Below, in pieces: positions 1-9,677 of a stretch of 64,000 nt of DNA; position 1 is the first letter of the stretch, and the number at the start of each line of letters is the position of its first letter. The translations under genes and the position numbers were made by a program. The stretch comes from Myxococcales bacterium (GTDB lineage: Bacteria > Myxococcota_A > Polyangia > Polyangiales > Polyangiaceae): positions 16,517 through 80,516 of the forward strand of contig JANXVA010000180.1 of the NCBI GenBank assembly GCA_025351875.1, given 5' to 3'. The notes below the pieces were generated by a model. That model saw only the letters and a list, made by a program, of their open reading frames with translations, had not been told where the DNA came from and did no database searches.

Positions 1-1
1 G

Positions 2-196
2 AAGGCGCAGATCATCGATCTCCTCGAGGCGCTCAAACGCAGCGTCGCTCAGGTCGGCGAGGGCAGGGCCGCGAACATGCCCGCGACGGCCGTCAAGGCG
101 TCGGCGCCTCCCGACGTCTCGGCCAAGGGCGGACCGAAGAAGGCCGAGCCGCGCGACAAGGCGGAGAAGGCCGCGAAGAAGAGCAAGAGCGCGTAG
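2..196 (+). CDS. ku: Ku (NHEJ DNA end-binding protein), 3' end only; partial at window edge
   Basis: Frame from nt 2 reads KAQIIDLLEALKRSV followed by a Lys/Ala-rich tail to TAG 194-196; IDLxEALKxS plus a basic tail is the typical Ku C-terminus. Confidence 0.75.
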   Translation, partial: KAQIIDLLEALKRSVAQVGEGRAANMPATAVKASAPPDVSAKGGPKKAEPRDKAEKAAKKSKSA

Positions 197-250
197 CCGG
201 TCTCGAGGAGCGAGACGGAGGGCGAGCTTTGGTGGGGGCTCGCCTCGGCC

Positions 251-568
251 TCAGCCCGTCTTGCGGCCGCTGTCGTCGCCCGCCGCGGGACGCGCCCTGA
301 CGAGGCCCGGTCGGACGCTCTCGGGGACGGCGGGGACCGGGCGGCCTGCGTGGAGATCATGGATCGCGCGCCGCCACTCCTGGGCCTGCACGATGCACGC
401 GCGCTCGCGCGGTCCTCCGGCTACGCCCTCCTCGTCGCGGTACCGGTGCGCGAACGCGAGCGCTCGACGTGCCGCTTCGCGGTACCCGGCGGCGAGCTCG
501 CCCTCGCGGACAAGTCGGTCGATCTCGGCCTCGTCGACCAGCGCGTCGTCTCGTCTCATCGCTCCCAA
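251..568 (-). CDS. Small hypothetical protein
   Basis: 105-aa ORF with helical, protein-like composition (DEAEIDRLVREGELAAGYREAARRAL); lies between ku and the divergent lipoprotein gene. Confidence 0.55.
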   Translation of the reverse strand: MGAMRRDDALVDEAEIDRLVREGELAAGYREAARRALAFAHRYRDEEGVAGGPRERACIVQAQEWRRAIHDLHAGRPVPAVPESVRPGLVRARPAAGDDSGRKTG

Positions 569-619
569 TTATGGACTGCCCGCGATGCGCGGGCCAAGGG
601 CGCGTGCTACGAGGGGGCC

Positions 620-1495
620 GTGATCGCGCGACGAATCGGCATTTGTGGTGCCGCAGTGTCATTCCGCCTCCTCGCCCTGGCGCTCGTCGGCGTGGGCGCG
701 GCCACGGCGTGCGCAAACTCCTCGCGTGACCCGTACGACCCGAACGGCCCGGCGGCCATTTCGGACGGCGGCACGTTCGCGACGGAGGCGAGCCACCCCG
801 ACCCGACGGGGGCGGGAGAGGTCTTCGGCCATAGCGACAACACGCTCTACCGCGTCGATACCGTCACGCGTGCGATCACCGAGGTCGGCACGTTCAACGG
901 CTGCACGAACGTGAACGACATCGCGCTCGACGAGACGTCCTCGATCTACGCCTCTACCGCGACGGAGCTCTTCTACGTCGAGACGAACACCGGTAACTGC
1001 ACGCGGATCGCCACGGGGATATTTCCCAACTCGCTCTCGTTCGTTCCTGCGGGCACCCTCGAGGCCGATCGCGAGACGCTCGTGGGGTTCCAGGGCGGCG
1101 ACTACGTCCGCATCGACCAGAAGACCGGCGCAGTCACGAAGGTCGGCGCCATCGGCGGCGGTCTTCAGTCGAGCGGTGACATCGTCTCCGCCAAGGGCGG
1201 CAAGACCTTCGTGACGGTCACGGGGCCCGGCTGCTCCGATTCGGATTGCCTCATCGAGATCGACCCGAAGACCGGTGCGCTCGCTCACAACTGGGGCCCC
1301 ATCGGCAAGACGCAGGTGTTCGGTCTCGCGTTCTGGGCCGGTGAGCTCTACGCGTTCACGAACGCGGGCGAGCTCGTGCTCGTCACGATCGACACCGGCG
1401 TGCTCGTGGCGACGCCCATCCCGATCACGAACGCACCGAAGACCTTCCGCGGCGCAGGCTCGACCACGAGCGCCCCAGTCGGCCCCGTCCGCTAG
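620..1495 (+). CDS. Putative beta-propeller lipoprotein (paralog of 27466-28488)
   Basis: ORF 350-1495; likely start GTG 620 or 656 before the signal peptide LLALALVGVGAATAC; repeated blade-like motifs (HSDNTLY, DIALD, SGDIV, FGLAF). Confidence 0.75.
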   Translation: MIARRIGICGAAVSFRLLALALVGVGAATACANSSRDPYDPNGPAAISDGGTFATEASHPDPTGAGEVFGHSDNTLYRVDTVTRAITEVGTFNGCTNVNDIALDETSSIYASTATELFYVETNTGNCTRIATGIFPNSLSFVPAGTLEADRETLVGFQGGDYVRIDQKTGAVTKVGAIGGGLQSSGDIVSAKGGKTFVTVTGPGCSDSDCLIEIDPKTGALAHNWGPIGKTQVFGLAFWAGELYAFTNAGELVLVTIDTGVLVATPIPITNAPKTFRGAGSTTSAPVGPVR

Positions 1496-1586
1496 ATCCC
1501 CCGAGGGGTTGTGCCACGGCACACTTCAGGACCGCGCTGTCGGAGCGGCGGTCGGGCCATGCGCGCGAATGCCTGGAAAATAGGGC

Positions 1587-1601
1587 TGGCCCGGGCGTTG
1601 C
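1587..1601 (+). promoter_or_regulatory. Candidate sigma-54 promoter
   Basis: TGGCCCG-GGCG-TTGC is one mismatch from TGGCACG-N4-TTGC and ends 34 nt before ATG 1636. Confidence 0.5.
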
Positions 1602-1635
1602 GGAAGCTATTTCCCAAGGAGTCCCACGAACCACC

Positions 1636-3531
1636 ATGCGCTCTTATGCCCTTCTCGCGCTTCCCGCCCTCGTGACCCTGCTCGGCGCCTCCGGCTGCAG
1701 CGGCAAACCCTGCGGCAGTAGCGCGTACGACTCGGCGAACGCGGGCGCCCCGCAGAACAGCGCGGCGAAGGCTCCTTCGCCGTCCGAGAACGCGGGCGCC
1801 GCGGCGCCTGCCGACGCGAGCCGCGCCGTCAGCGAGGCCGACATCGTGCAGCTCGATCACGAGCAGAACCGCATCTATGCCATCTCGAAGTCGGGCTCTC
1901 TCGCCATCGTCGACGCGTCGAAGCCCGCGGCGCTCACGCTGATGGGCAAGACCGCGCTCTCCGGCGAGCCGTTCGAGATGTATCGCCGCGGCGACATCCT
2001 CCTCACGATGTCGAACGGCGGCAGCGGCGCAGACGGCAATCCGGTTCCCGTCGTCCTCGACGGCGACGGCACCGTCCCGCCCGCCCCGGATGCGAAGGCG
2101 AGCGCGCTCCTCTCCGCCGTCGACGTCAGCGATCCCGCGAAGGCCCACACGACCGCGACGTTCCGCGTGCCCGGCGAGATCGCCGACTCGCGCATCGTCG
2201 GGAACGTCCTCTACCTCGCGACGTTCGAGGACGGCCAGTGCTACGGCTGCACCACGAACGTGGCGCGCACGCTGGTGACTACGTTCGACATCGCCATCCC
2301 CACCGCCCCGAAGCAGATCGACCAGATCGTCTTCGCGAGCCCCGCGGGTCAGGGCTTCAACTACGCCTGGTCGACGCCGTGGAAGCGGAGCATCGTGGCG
2401 ACCAATGAGCGTCTCTACGTTGGCGGTCTCGCGTCGAACGCGGACACGACGACGGATGAGGGCGTGATCCAGGTGCTCGACATCACCGACCCGACGGGCC
2501 ACCTCACGGTCGGCGCGAAGATCATCACGGCGGGCCCCGTGCTGAGCCGCTGGCAGATGGACGAGAGCGACGGCGTCCTGCGCGTCATCAGTCAGCGCGG
2601 CGCGGGTCGCCTGTCGAATGGCGAGAGGTTCCCCGACATCGACACGTTCCGCATCGAGAGCACGCAGTCGCTCGTACGCCTCGGCCACACGACGCTGACG
2701 CTCCCGCGGCAGGAAGGCCTCAAGACGGTGCGGTTCGACGGCCCGCGCGCCTACGCGATCACGTTCAACCAGACCGACCCGCTCTTCGCGATCGATCTCT
2801 CCGACGCCGCGCATCCCGCGCAGAAGGGCGAGCTCTCGATGCCCGGGTGGATGTACTACCTCGAGCCGCACGGCGACCGCGTCATCGGTCTCGGTCTCGA
2901 CCGCAACGACCAGGCCGGTAACCTCAACGTCTCGCTCTTCGACGTGTCGAACATGGCGACGCCCACGCTCGTGAAGCGCGTCTCGTTCGGTCCGACCAAC
3001 ATGTACGAGGACTACTCGATCACGAACGGCGTCCTCGCGGAGGACCAGGACCGCATCCAGAAGGCGTTCCGCGTCTTCGAGGACGGCCTCATCGCCATTC
3101 CGTTCTCGGGCGCCGGGAGCACGGGAACCGCGACCGGAAGCTCGTGCAGCACGCAGGGAAGCGGCATCCAGCTCGTCGACTGGACGAGCACCTCGCTCAC
3201 GAAGCACGCGATGCTGCCCGTCAGCGGGAACGCGCGCCGCGCGATCCGGCGAGACAGTGCGGTCGCGAAGGAGCTGATCGCGGTGAGCGACTCGAACGTG
3301 ACCTCGTTCTCGATCGATCTCCGTGACGCCCCCAAGCAGAACGCCGACGTCGTCATCGGCACCTGCGTCACGCGCACGACCCCGAACGGCTCGAACGTCG
3401 GCGGTGGTGGTGGGCGCGTCGGCGGCGGCGACTACTACCCGGGCGGCGGCTACGGCGGCTACGACCGCGCGTACGGGAGCAGCGGAACCAGCACGAGCAG
3501 CAGCCCCTGGCGCGGCGCGCTCTGCAACTGA
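1636..3531 (+). CDS. Secreted lipoprotein with beta-propeller domain (Beta_propel-like)
   Basis: Lipobox LLGASGC; motifs VSEADIV, SRIVGNVLY, SRWQMDE, VRFDGPRAY, DPLFAIDLS, GELSMPGWMYYL. Confidence 0.85.
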   Translation: MRSYALLALPALVTLLGASGCSGKPCGSSAYDSANAGAPQNSAAKAPSPSENAGAAAPADASRAVSEADIVQLDHEQNRIYAISKSGSLAIVDASKPAALTLMGKTALSGEPFEMYRRGDILLTMSNGGSGADGNPVPVVLDGDGTVPPAPDAKASALLSAVDVSDPAKAHTTATFRVPGEIADSRIVGNVLYLATFEDGQCYGCTTNVARTLVTTFDIAIPTAPKQIDQIVFASPAGQGFNYAWSTPWKRSIVATNERLYVGGLASNADTTTDEGVIQVLDITDPTGHLTVGAKIITAGPVLSRWQMDESDGVLRVISQRGAGRLSNGERFPDIDTFRIESTQSLVRLGHTTLTLPRQEGLKTVRFDGPRAYAITFNQTDPLFAIDLSDAAHPAQKGELSMPGWMYYLEPHGDRVIGLGLDRNDQAGNLNVSLFDVSNMATPTLVKRVSFGPTNMYEDYSITNGVLAEDQDRIQKAFRVFEDGLIAIPFSGAGSTGTATGSSCSTQGSGIQLVDWTSTSLTKHAMLPVSGNARRAIRRDSAVAKELIAVSDSNVTSFSIDLRDAPKQNADVVIGTCVTRTTPNGSNVGGGGGRVGGGDYYPGGGYGGYDRAYGSSGTSTSSSPWRGALCN

Positions 3532-3532
3532 G

Positions 3533-4156
3533 TCAGCGCTTCGGAGGTCCCAGCGCCTTGTCGAGCTTCTGCTGGAGCTCGATGAGGTCGACGAGGTCCT
3601 CGACGTAGTCGAGCTTCGTGGTGTCGATCTTCACGATCGGGCCGAGGTCGTAGCGCTCGAACCAGTCCTCGTAGAGGTTGTGGAGGCGACGCAGGTAGGC
3701 GTCGGGGATCGCGGACTCCATCGCGCGGCCCCGACGCTCGATGCGTTTCTTGGTGGCGCCGAGGCTGCACGTGAGCGCGACGAGCACGTCGGGCGGACGC
3801 AACGTCTTCTTGATGCCCTCGTAGAGGCGCTCGTAGACGGCCCAGTCACGCGCCGCGATGTAGCGCTGGTTCTTCAGGCTGCGCGCGAAGATCTCCGCGT
3901 CCTCGTAGATCGTGCGATCGATCACGGCGGGACGGTTCGCCGCGAGCAGCTCCTGGTGGAGCTTGAGCTTGTGCGAGAGGAAGAAGACCTGAGAGTGGAA
4001 GGCCCATTTCTTCATGTCGTCGTAGAAGTCGGCGAGATATGGGTTCTCGTCGTTGGGTTCGTAGAACGGCTCGAGCCCGTACCGCTTCACGAGCCAGGCA
4101 ACGAGGGAGGTCTTCCCTGCGCCGATGGTTCCGGCCACCGCGACGTACCGCTTCAT
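3533..4156 (-). CDS. Deoxynucleoside kinase family protein
   Basis: P-loop GTIGAGKTS, EP, DRTIYED, RIERRGR lid; ATG at 4156. Confidence 0.9.
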   Translation of the reverse strand: MKRYVAVAGTIGAGKTSLVAWLVKRYGLEPFYEPNDENPYLADFYDDMKKWAFHSQVFFLSHKLKLHQELLAANRPAVIDRTIYEDAEIFARSLKNQRYIAARDWAVYERLYEGIKKTLRPPDVLVALTCSLGATKKRIERRGRAMESAIPDAYLRRLHNLYEDWFERYDLGPIVKIDTTKLDYVEDLVDLIELQQKLDKALGPPKR

Positions 4157-4181
4157 GGTCTCTCGTTGTACCGTGCCCTCC

Positions 4182-4610
4182 ATGGCGAAAGCGACGGCGA
4201 AGGCGACCTTCCTCATCAAGAGCGAACCGTCCGTCTACTCGTTCGAGCAGCTTCTCGGCGACGGGTCGACGACGTGGGATGGCGTGCGCAACTACGAGGC
4301 GCGCAACAACCTGCGGGCCATGAAGAAGGGCGACACTCTCCTCTACTACCACTCGAACGAGGGCAAGGAGATCGTCGGGCTGGCGCGTGTCGCCAAGCCG
4401 GCGTTTCAGGACCCGAAGACCGAGGACGACTGGAGCGCCATCGAGGTCACGCCGATCAAGAAGCTCGCGGTGCCCGTGACCCTCGCGCAGGCGAAGGCCC
4501 ATCCGCTCCTCTCGAAGATGGCCCTCGTGAAGAAATCGCGGATCAGCGTGGTCCCGGTGACAGACGCCGAGCTCGCAGTGGTGCTGGCCCTCGCGAAGAC
4601 GAAGCTCTAG
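4182..4610 (+). CDS. EVE domain protein
   Basis: LIKSEP, WDGVRNYEARN, GDxLLYYHS, KSRISVVPV. Confidence 0.9.
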   Translation: MAKATAKATFLIKSEPSVYSFEQLLGDGSTTWDGVRNYEARNNLRAMKKGDTLLYYHSNEGKEIVGLARVAKPAFQDPKTEDDWSAIEVTPIKKLAVPVTLAQAKAHPLLSKMALVKKSRISVVPVTDAELAVVLALAKTKL

Positions 4611-4655
4611 CGACGGAACGACGCGCCTGACGATGGCATCGTAACCTTCGGACCC

Positions 4656-5819
4656 ATGGCCATGCGCTATCTCACGTTCTTCGCGGTGGCGCTGCTGGTG
4701 ATGGGCAGCGCGCACTACTACGTGTGGGCGCGGCTCGTTCGCGACGTGGCGCTCCCGAAGCCGTGGTCACGCGTCGCCACCGCGGCGATCGCGTTGCTCT
4801 TCGCGCTCCTCATGGGCGTCTTCATCGTCGTGCGAAACCTCCCGCGCGCGATGGCCGCACCGTTCACGTGGGTCGCGTACACCTGGTTGGGGCTCGTGTT
4901 CTTCCTCGTGCTCTCGCTCGCTCTCAGCGGTCTCGTCAAGTTGATCGCCGTGCGCCGCGACACGGGCGTCCCCGCCGACCCCGAGCGCAGGCAGGCGATC
5001 GCGAGGCTCTTCGGCGGCGCGGCCGCGGTGGTCGGTATCGGAGCCGGCGGCTTCGGTGTGGCGAACGTGCTCTCGCCGGTCGCAGTGAGCCGGGTCCGCG
5101 TCGCGATCGATCGGCTGACCAAGGCGAAGTCCGGCTACCGCATCGTGCAGATCTCGGACATCCACGTCGGGCCGACCATCGGGCACGATTTCATCGAGGA
5201 GATCGTCACGCGCATCAACGCGCTGAACCCCGACCTCATCGCCATCACGGGCGACCTCGTGGACGGTTCGGTCGCCGATCTCGCCGAGCACGTGGCGCCG
5301 CTCGCAAAGCTTCGTGCGCGGGACGGCGTCTTCTTCGTCACCGGAAACCACGAGTACTACTCGGGCGCCGACGCCTGGATCGCACACCTGGGGACGAAGC
5401 TCGGCGTACGTGTGCTCCGCAACGAGCACGTCCAGATCGGCGGCGAGGACGGCTTCGACCTCGCGGGGATCGACGACGCATCGGCGCACGGCGACGGACA
5501 CGGCTCGGATCTCCCCAGGGCACTCCGCGGTCGCGATCCGTCGCGCGCCTGCGTTCTCCTCGCGCATCAACCGCGCGGGATCGACCTTGCGGACACGCTC
5601 GGCGTCGACCTACAGCTCTCGGGGCATACGCACGGCGGCCAGATGGTGCCGTGGAATTTCCTCGTGCGCTTGCAGCAGCCGTTCGTCGCCGGACTGCACA
5701 GGCTCGCGCGCGCGCAGATCTACGTGAGCCGCGGAACGGGCTACTGGGGGCCGCCGATGCGTGTCGGCGCGCCAGCCGAGATCACCGAGATCGAGCTCGT
5801 CAGCACTCCGTCCGCGTAG
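4656..5819 (+). CDS. Membrane-bound metallophosphoesterase (YkuE/YaeI-like)
   Basis: N-terminal TM helices; DIH, GDLVD, GNHE, HQP, GHTHGGQ. Confidence 0.9.
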   Translation: MAMRYLTFFAVALLVMGSAHYYVWARLVRDVALPKPWSRVATAAIALLFALLMGVFIVVRNLPRAMAAPFTWVAYTWLGLVFFLVLSLALSGLVKLIAVRRDTGVPADPERRQAIARLFGGAAAVVGIGAGGFGVANVLSPVAVSRVRVAIDRLTKAKSGYRIVQISDIHVGPTIGHDFIEEIVTRINALNPDLIAITGDLVDGSVADLAEHVAPLAKLRARDGVFFVTGNHEYYSGADAWIAHLGTKLGVRVLRNEHVQIGGEDGFDLAGIDDASAHGDGHGSDLPRALRGRDPSRACVLLAHQPRGIDLADTLGVDLQLSGHTHGGQMVPWNFLVRLQQPFVAGLHRLARAQIYVSRGTGYWGPPMRVGAPAEITEIELVSTPSA

Positions 5820-6036
5820 CGCGAGCGTAGACGCCGCAAAGGAATCCAGAGCCGCGCAAGAAACTGTGGCGCGCCACGGTGATCGCGACACCCCCGCCAC
5901 ACGAGGGGGTTGTGCGTGTCTCGCGCACCTCGCTTGAATCGACCGCAGAACTCACGAGCCGCGCGGATGCTTATCTCGAGCGAACCGGGGGCACATCGCG
6001 TGCACCTGGGGTGTTCGAGGGTGGAGGAGTCAGTCC

Positions 6037-7014
6037 GTGACGCGTAAAGCAGAGGTCGTATCGATTGGCCGCGTGCCCCCCCGCGCGCCCGGCCCCCGGC
6101 CGTCGGGGGTCACGCGCATGCCGGTGGTCCGCGGCCGTCGTCCGTTCGGTGCGCGACTGGTCCGCGAGGCTGACTCCGTGGCCAGCGCGCGCGGCGACGC
6201 CGACACGCGCGCGTGGCAGCTCATCCACGACGACCCTTTCGAGCGCGCAGTCACGGAAGAGGAGATCGCTCGCGTGGTGCGGTCGTTCGCGGCGCGCGGC
6301 GAGACGCCCTACATCGAGGTGCTCCGCCGCCTCGTGGGTGTCGACGACATGAGCGAGCTCGAGGCGAGGGCGTTCTTTGGTCGCATCGTCGAGCATCGTC
6401 GCGTCATGGCGCAGGCACTCGGTCGGTCGATTCACATCCGCGTCGCGGCCCTCGATCTGCTGACGGCGCGTTCGCCGGCCTCGGGCCAAGGAACGCGTCG
6501 CGACAGCCACCCGATCATCGTCACGCCCGCGCTCCTCGAGAAGGCCTTCGAGGTCGCCACCGCGGACGCCATCACCGGGCTCCCTCAACGAGCTCACTTC
6601 CTGAACCTCCTTCGCCACGAGCTCAGGCAGCGTAAGCGTCGCAGTGTGTGTGTGGCCTTCATCGATCTCGACGGTTTCAAGCGCGTGAACGATCGTCACG
6701 GCCACTCGCGTGGTGACGACGTGCTCAGGGCGCTCGCGCGATCTGCACGAGGCTCCCTTCGTGAGGGCGACGTGCTCGCGCGCATCGGCGGAGACGAGTT
6801 CGCCGTTCTCCTGCTCGACGCCTCTCCCGCGGAGGCCGACGCCGCGCTCATCCGCCTGCGCGATCGCTTCGAAGCCCTCACGACGCCGCTCGGGACCTCG
6901 TTCTCGGCCGGAATCGCCATCGCGGCGCTGGGTGAGCCCGCCGAGCGGGTCGTCATGCGCGCCGACCAGGCGATGTACCGTCAAAAGCGCGCGCGTGCTG
7001 CGCTCTCCGGGTGA
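6037..7014 (+). CDS. Diguanylate cyclase (GGDEF) with uncharacterised N-terminal helical domain
   Basis: DAITGL, IDLDGFKRVND, HSRGDDVL, REGD I-site five residues before GGDEF; GGAGGAG upstream. Confidence 0.9.
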   Translation: MTRKAEVVSIGRVPPRAPGPRPSGVTRMPVVRGRRPFGARLVREADSVASARGDADTRAWQLIHDDPFERAVTEEEIARVVRSFAARGETPYIEVLRRLVGVDDMSELEARAFFGRIVEHRRVMAQALGRSIHIRVAALDLLTARSPASGQGTRRDSHPIIVTPALLEKAFEVATADAITGLPQRAHFLNLLRHELRQRKRRSVCVAFIDLDGFKRVNDRHGHSRGDDVLRALARSARGSLREGDVLARIGGDEFAVLLLDASPAEADAALIRLRDRFEALTTPLGTSFSAGIAIAALGEPAERVVMRADQAMYRQKRARAALSG

Positions 7015-7030
7015 TGATATTCTCCTCCAG

Positions 7031-8206
7031 GTGACCGGCTTTCCCACGCGCTACGTGAACCTCGAGTCCGCGCGTCTGCGGTTCGGCGATCGCGTCGACC
7101 GGCTCGGTAAGTTCCTGTCGGAGGTCGACGGCCCTGCCGATCTCGTCGTCGAGGCCATCGAGGCGTTGCCCAAAGGGGAGGGCTGGCGCCTTCTCGAAGA
7201 GGGACTGCGTGGCGGTTCGCGCGCGATTCCCGGCGCACCGCGCGCCATGCGCGACCTCCTCGACGCAGCCACCGAGGTTCCCGCGTGGGTCGACTGGGCC
7301 ACGTGCGACCGCGGCGGCGAGATGTTGATGCGCGTCGGCGTCCTCGGCGGCGCCGTCCTCGGCTCGCACTCTCTCGTGCTCGGCTACGCGTCGCCGGCCG
7401 GCAACAAGCCGCTGGTGCTCTCGGGGCGGCTGAAGCACAAGGCCATGCGCAGGCTCAACGAGACCGCGCGGTTCGTCCAGGCCGTCTGTCGGCCCGGAGG
7501 GATGCGTCCGTTTGCCGACGGCTGGCAGATCACCATGAAGGTGCGCCTCATCCACGCCCAGGTGCGGCGGATGATCCTGAAGACCGGTACGTGGAACGAG
7601 CGGGCGTGGGGCGCTCCGGTCAACCAGCACGACATGGCCGGCACGACGCTCCTCTTCTCGGTCGCGATCATGGATGGGCTCCGCAAGCTCGGTGTTCGGA
7701 TCGATACGGACGAGGGTGAGCGATACATGCACCTCTGGAGGTGGGTAGGTCACGTCATCGGCGTCGACTCCCAGCTCCTTCCCGCCTCGGAGCCCGACGC
7801 GACGCGACTCGTCGATCTCATCGCGGCGACGATGGGCCCACCCGACCAGGACTCACGTGACCTCACGAAGGCGCTCTTCGATGCGGCCTTCGAAGGCGCA
7901 GTGACGCCCAAGCAGAAGCGCGACGCCGCGCGCAGGGTGCTCTTCGGTACGACGCTGTGCCGTGAGCTCATTGGCGACGAGCTTGCCGACGCGCTCCACG
8001 TCCCGCGAAACTCCGTGCGCTTCGCGTTGCCGATGGTGCGTCGCCTGGTCGGCGGCGTGGAGCGCTTCACGCGTGCGGTGCCGTTCGCGGAGCGCGGTGC
8101 GATCGCCGCCGGCTCTCACTACTGGGACCGCGTCGTCGAGATCGGGCTGCAGGGCGCGACCTACGAGTTCGGGTTGCCGAGCGCGCTCGGCTCGCTGGCT
8201 GCCTGA
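7031..8206 (+). CDS. Oxygenase MpaB / rubber-oxygenase (Lcp)-like family protein (DUF2236-like)
   Basis: RRLNETARF, VRLIHAQVR, WGAPVNQHDM, WRWVGHVIG; probable start GTG 7031. Confidence 0.85.
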   Translation: MTGFPTRYVNLESARLRFGDRVDRLGKFLSEVDGPADLVVEAIEALPKGEGWRLLEEGLRGGSRAIPGAPRAMRDLLDAATEVPAWVDWATCDRGGEMLMRVGVLGGAVLGSHSLVLGYASPAGNKPLVLSGRLKHKAMRRLNETARFVQAVCRPGGMRPFADGWQITMKVRLIHAQVRRMILKTGTWNERAWGAPVNQHDMAGTTLLFSVAIMDGLRKLGVRIDTDEGERYMHLWRWVGHVIGVDSQLLPASEPDATRLVDLIAATMGPPDQDSRDLTKALFDAAFEGAVTPKQKRDAARRVLFGTTLCRELIGDELADALHVPRNSVRFALPMVRRLVGGVERFTRAVPFAERGAIAAGSHYWDRVVEIGLQGATYEFGLPSALGSLAA

Positions 8207-8288
8207 GGAAGTCCCTGCGTTTCCCAGGCGTTCTCGAGGATCCATACCGGCGACCCAACGACGTGGTCACACTCGGGGTCCTACCGCC

Positions 8289-9327
8289 GATGTCCCGGAG
8301 CATGAGAAATCCGCTCGCCCTCGCTGTCGCGACCCTCGCATTGTCTCTCGCCGCCGCCTGCACCGGCGAGGGTCGCGCCCCCGCGCCCGCCACGAGAGCG
8401 CCTTCTCCCGACGGTCCCGCGCCGGGCGCGGTCGCCACCCCTGGCCCCGCGGCACCCCCGAGCCCGCCGTCGAAGATGAACGACGCCGATGACGCGCACC
8501 GCAGCACGAGCCCGCCGCTTGCGCCGGCTGAGCCGGCCTACGACCTCGCTGGCGACCGCGAGCGGCGCGCTCGGGTCGCGAAGGAGGAGCTCGGCCCGAA
8601 GACGATCACCACGGTCGTGTCCGACATCTTCGTGGTCGTCGGTCCGCCGGGGTGGCAGGGCGGCGCCTTCGAGCAGAGCGTGTCGCTCATGCGAAGCTCG
8701 ATGGCGGGCTACCTGAACAACCGTTTCGGCAAGAAGCCCGCGCAGGCGATCAGTGTCTATCTGTTCCCCGAGGGCCAGACGTACGAGGCCTTCTGCAAGA
8801 AGAAGTACGCCGCGCCGTGCATCGCCCACTACGGCTTCTACCAACCGGGCGATCGCTACATGGTGATGAACATCGGGCTCGGTCTCGGCACGCTGACGCA
8901 CGAGATCGTCCATCCGCTCGTGGAGTCCGACTTCCCCGAGGCACCGACGTGGTTGAACGAGGGTATCGCCTCGGTGTTCGAGGCGCCGGTCATCACGAAG
9001 CCGGGAGAGATCCACGGGGTGAAGAACTGGCGCCACCCGCGCCTCAAGCGCGCGCTCACGAGCGCCGAGCGAGAGCATGCGCGGCTCGACGTGATGTTCG
9101 CGATGCGCGACGACCTGTTCCGCTCCGAAAACGAAGATCTCCACTACGCGATGGCTCGCTACGTGTGCCAGTGGCTCGACGAACGCGGAAAGCTCTGGAC
9201 GTTCTACCAGCGCTGGCGCGACACCGTCGCCACCGATCCGAGCGGCGAGAAGGCGTTCAAGGAGGTCGTCGGCATGACGCCCGCGGAGGCAAACCCCGTC
9301 TGGACGAAGTGGACACTCGCACTTTGA
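8289..9327 (+). CDS. Lipoprotein with putative Zn-peptidase (gluzincin-like) domain
   Basis: Lipobox LAAAC, Pro-rich linker, THEIVH (HExxH) followed by WLNEG. Confidence 0.75.
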
Positions 9328-9372
9328 CAGGTAGGACTCCGCCGCTCCGCCCCTCACGCTTCGCGTGAGCCT
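9328..9372. repeat. REP-like hairpin element, copy 1 (related to 39634-39668)
   Basis: CAGGTAGGACTCCGCC...CTCCGCCCCTCACGC-TTC-GCGTGAGCCT begins right after TGA 9325-9327. Confidence 0.6.
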
Positions 9373-9677
9373 CCCCGTGGGCGATGCGCGCTCCCGCGTG
9401 CATGTAGCGACGCGACGCATGCAGGTGGGAAGACGCCAGCTGCGGCGCGCTTGGGGCCCCACTGACCAACGTGCTTGCACGGCATGCGCGTGAAACGCAC
9501 GCGGCAAGGGTAGGTGGGGCACGCGGCGCCGGGATCCGGTCCGCGTCGAAGCATGACAGCGGCCTGCGCGCGGGAGCGGCCCGCTCCCCTCCGCCGCCGA
9601 CACCTGGACGCTCTGCGATCCCAACGGGCCGTTTAGGTTGCGCCCTGGAGATCCCCAACGAGGTAGCCTCCGCGCTC

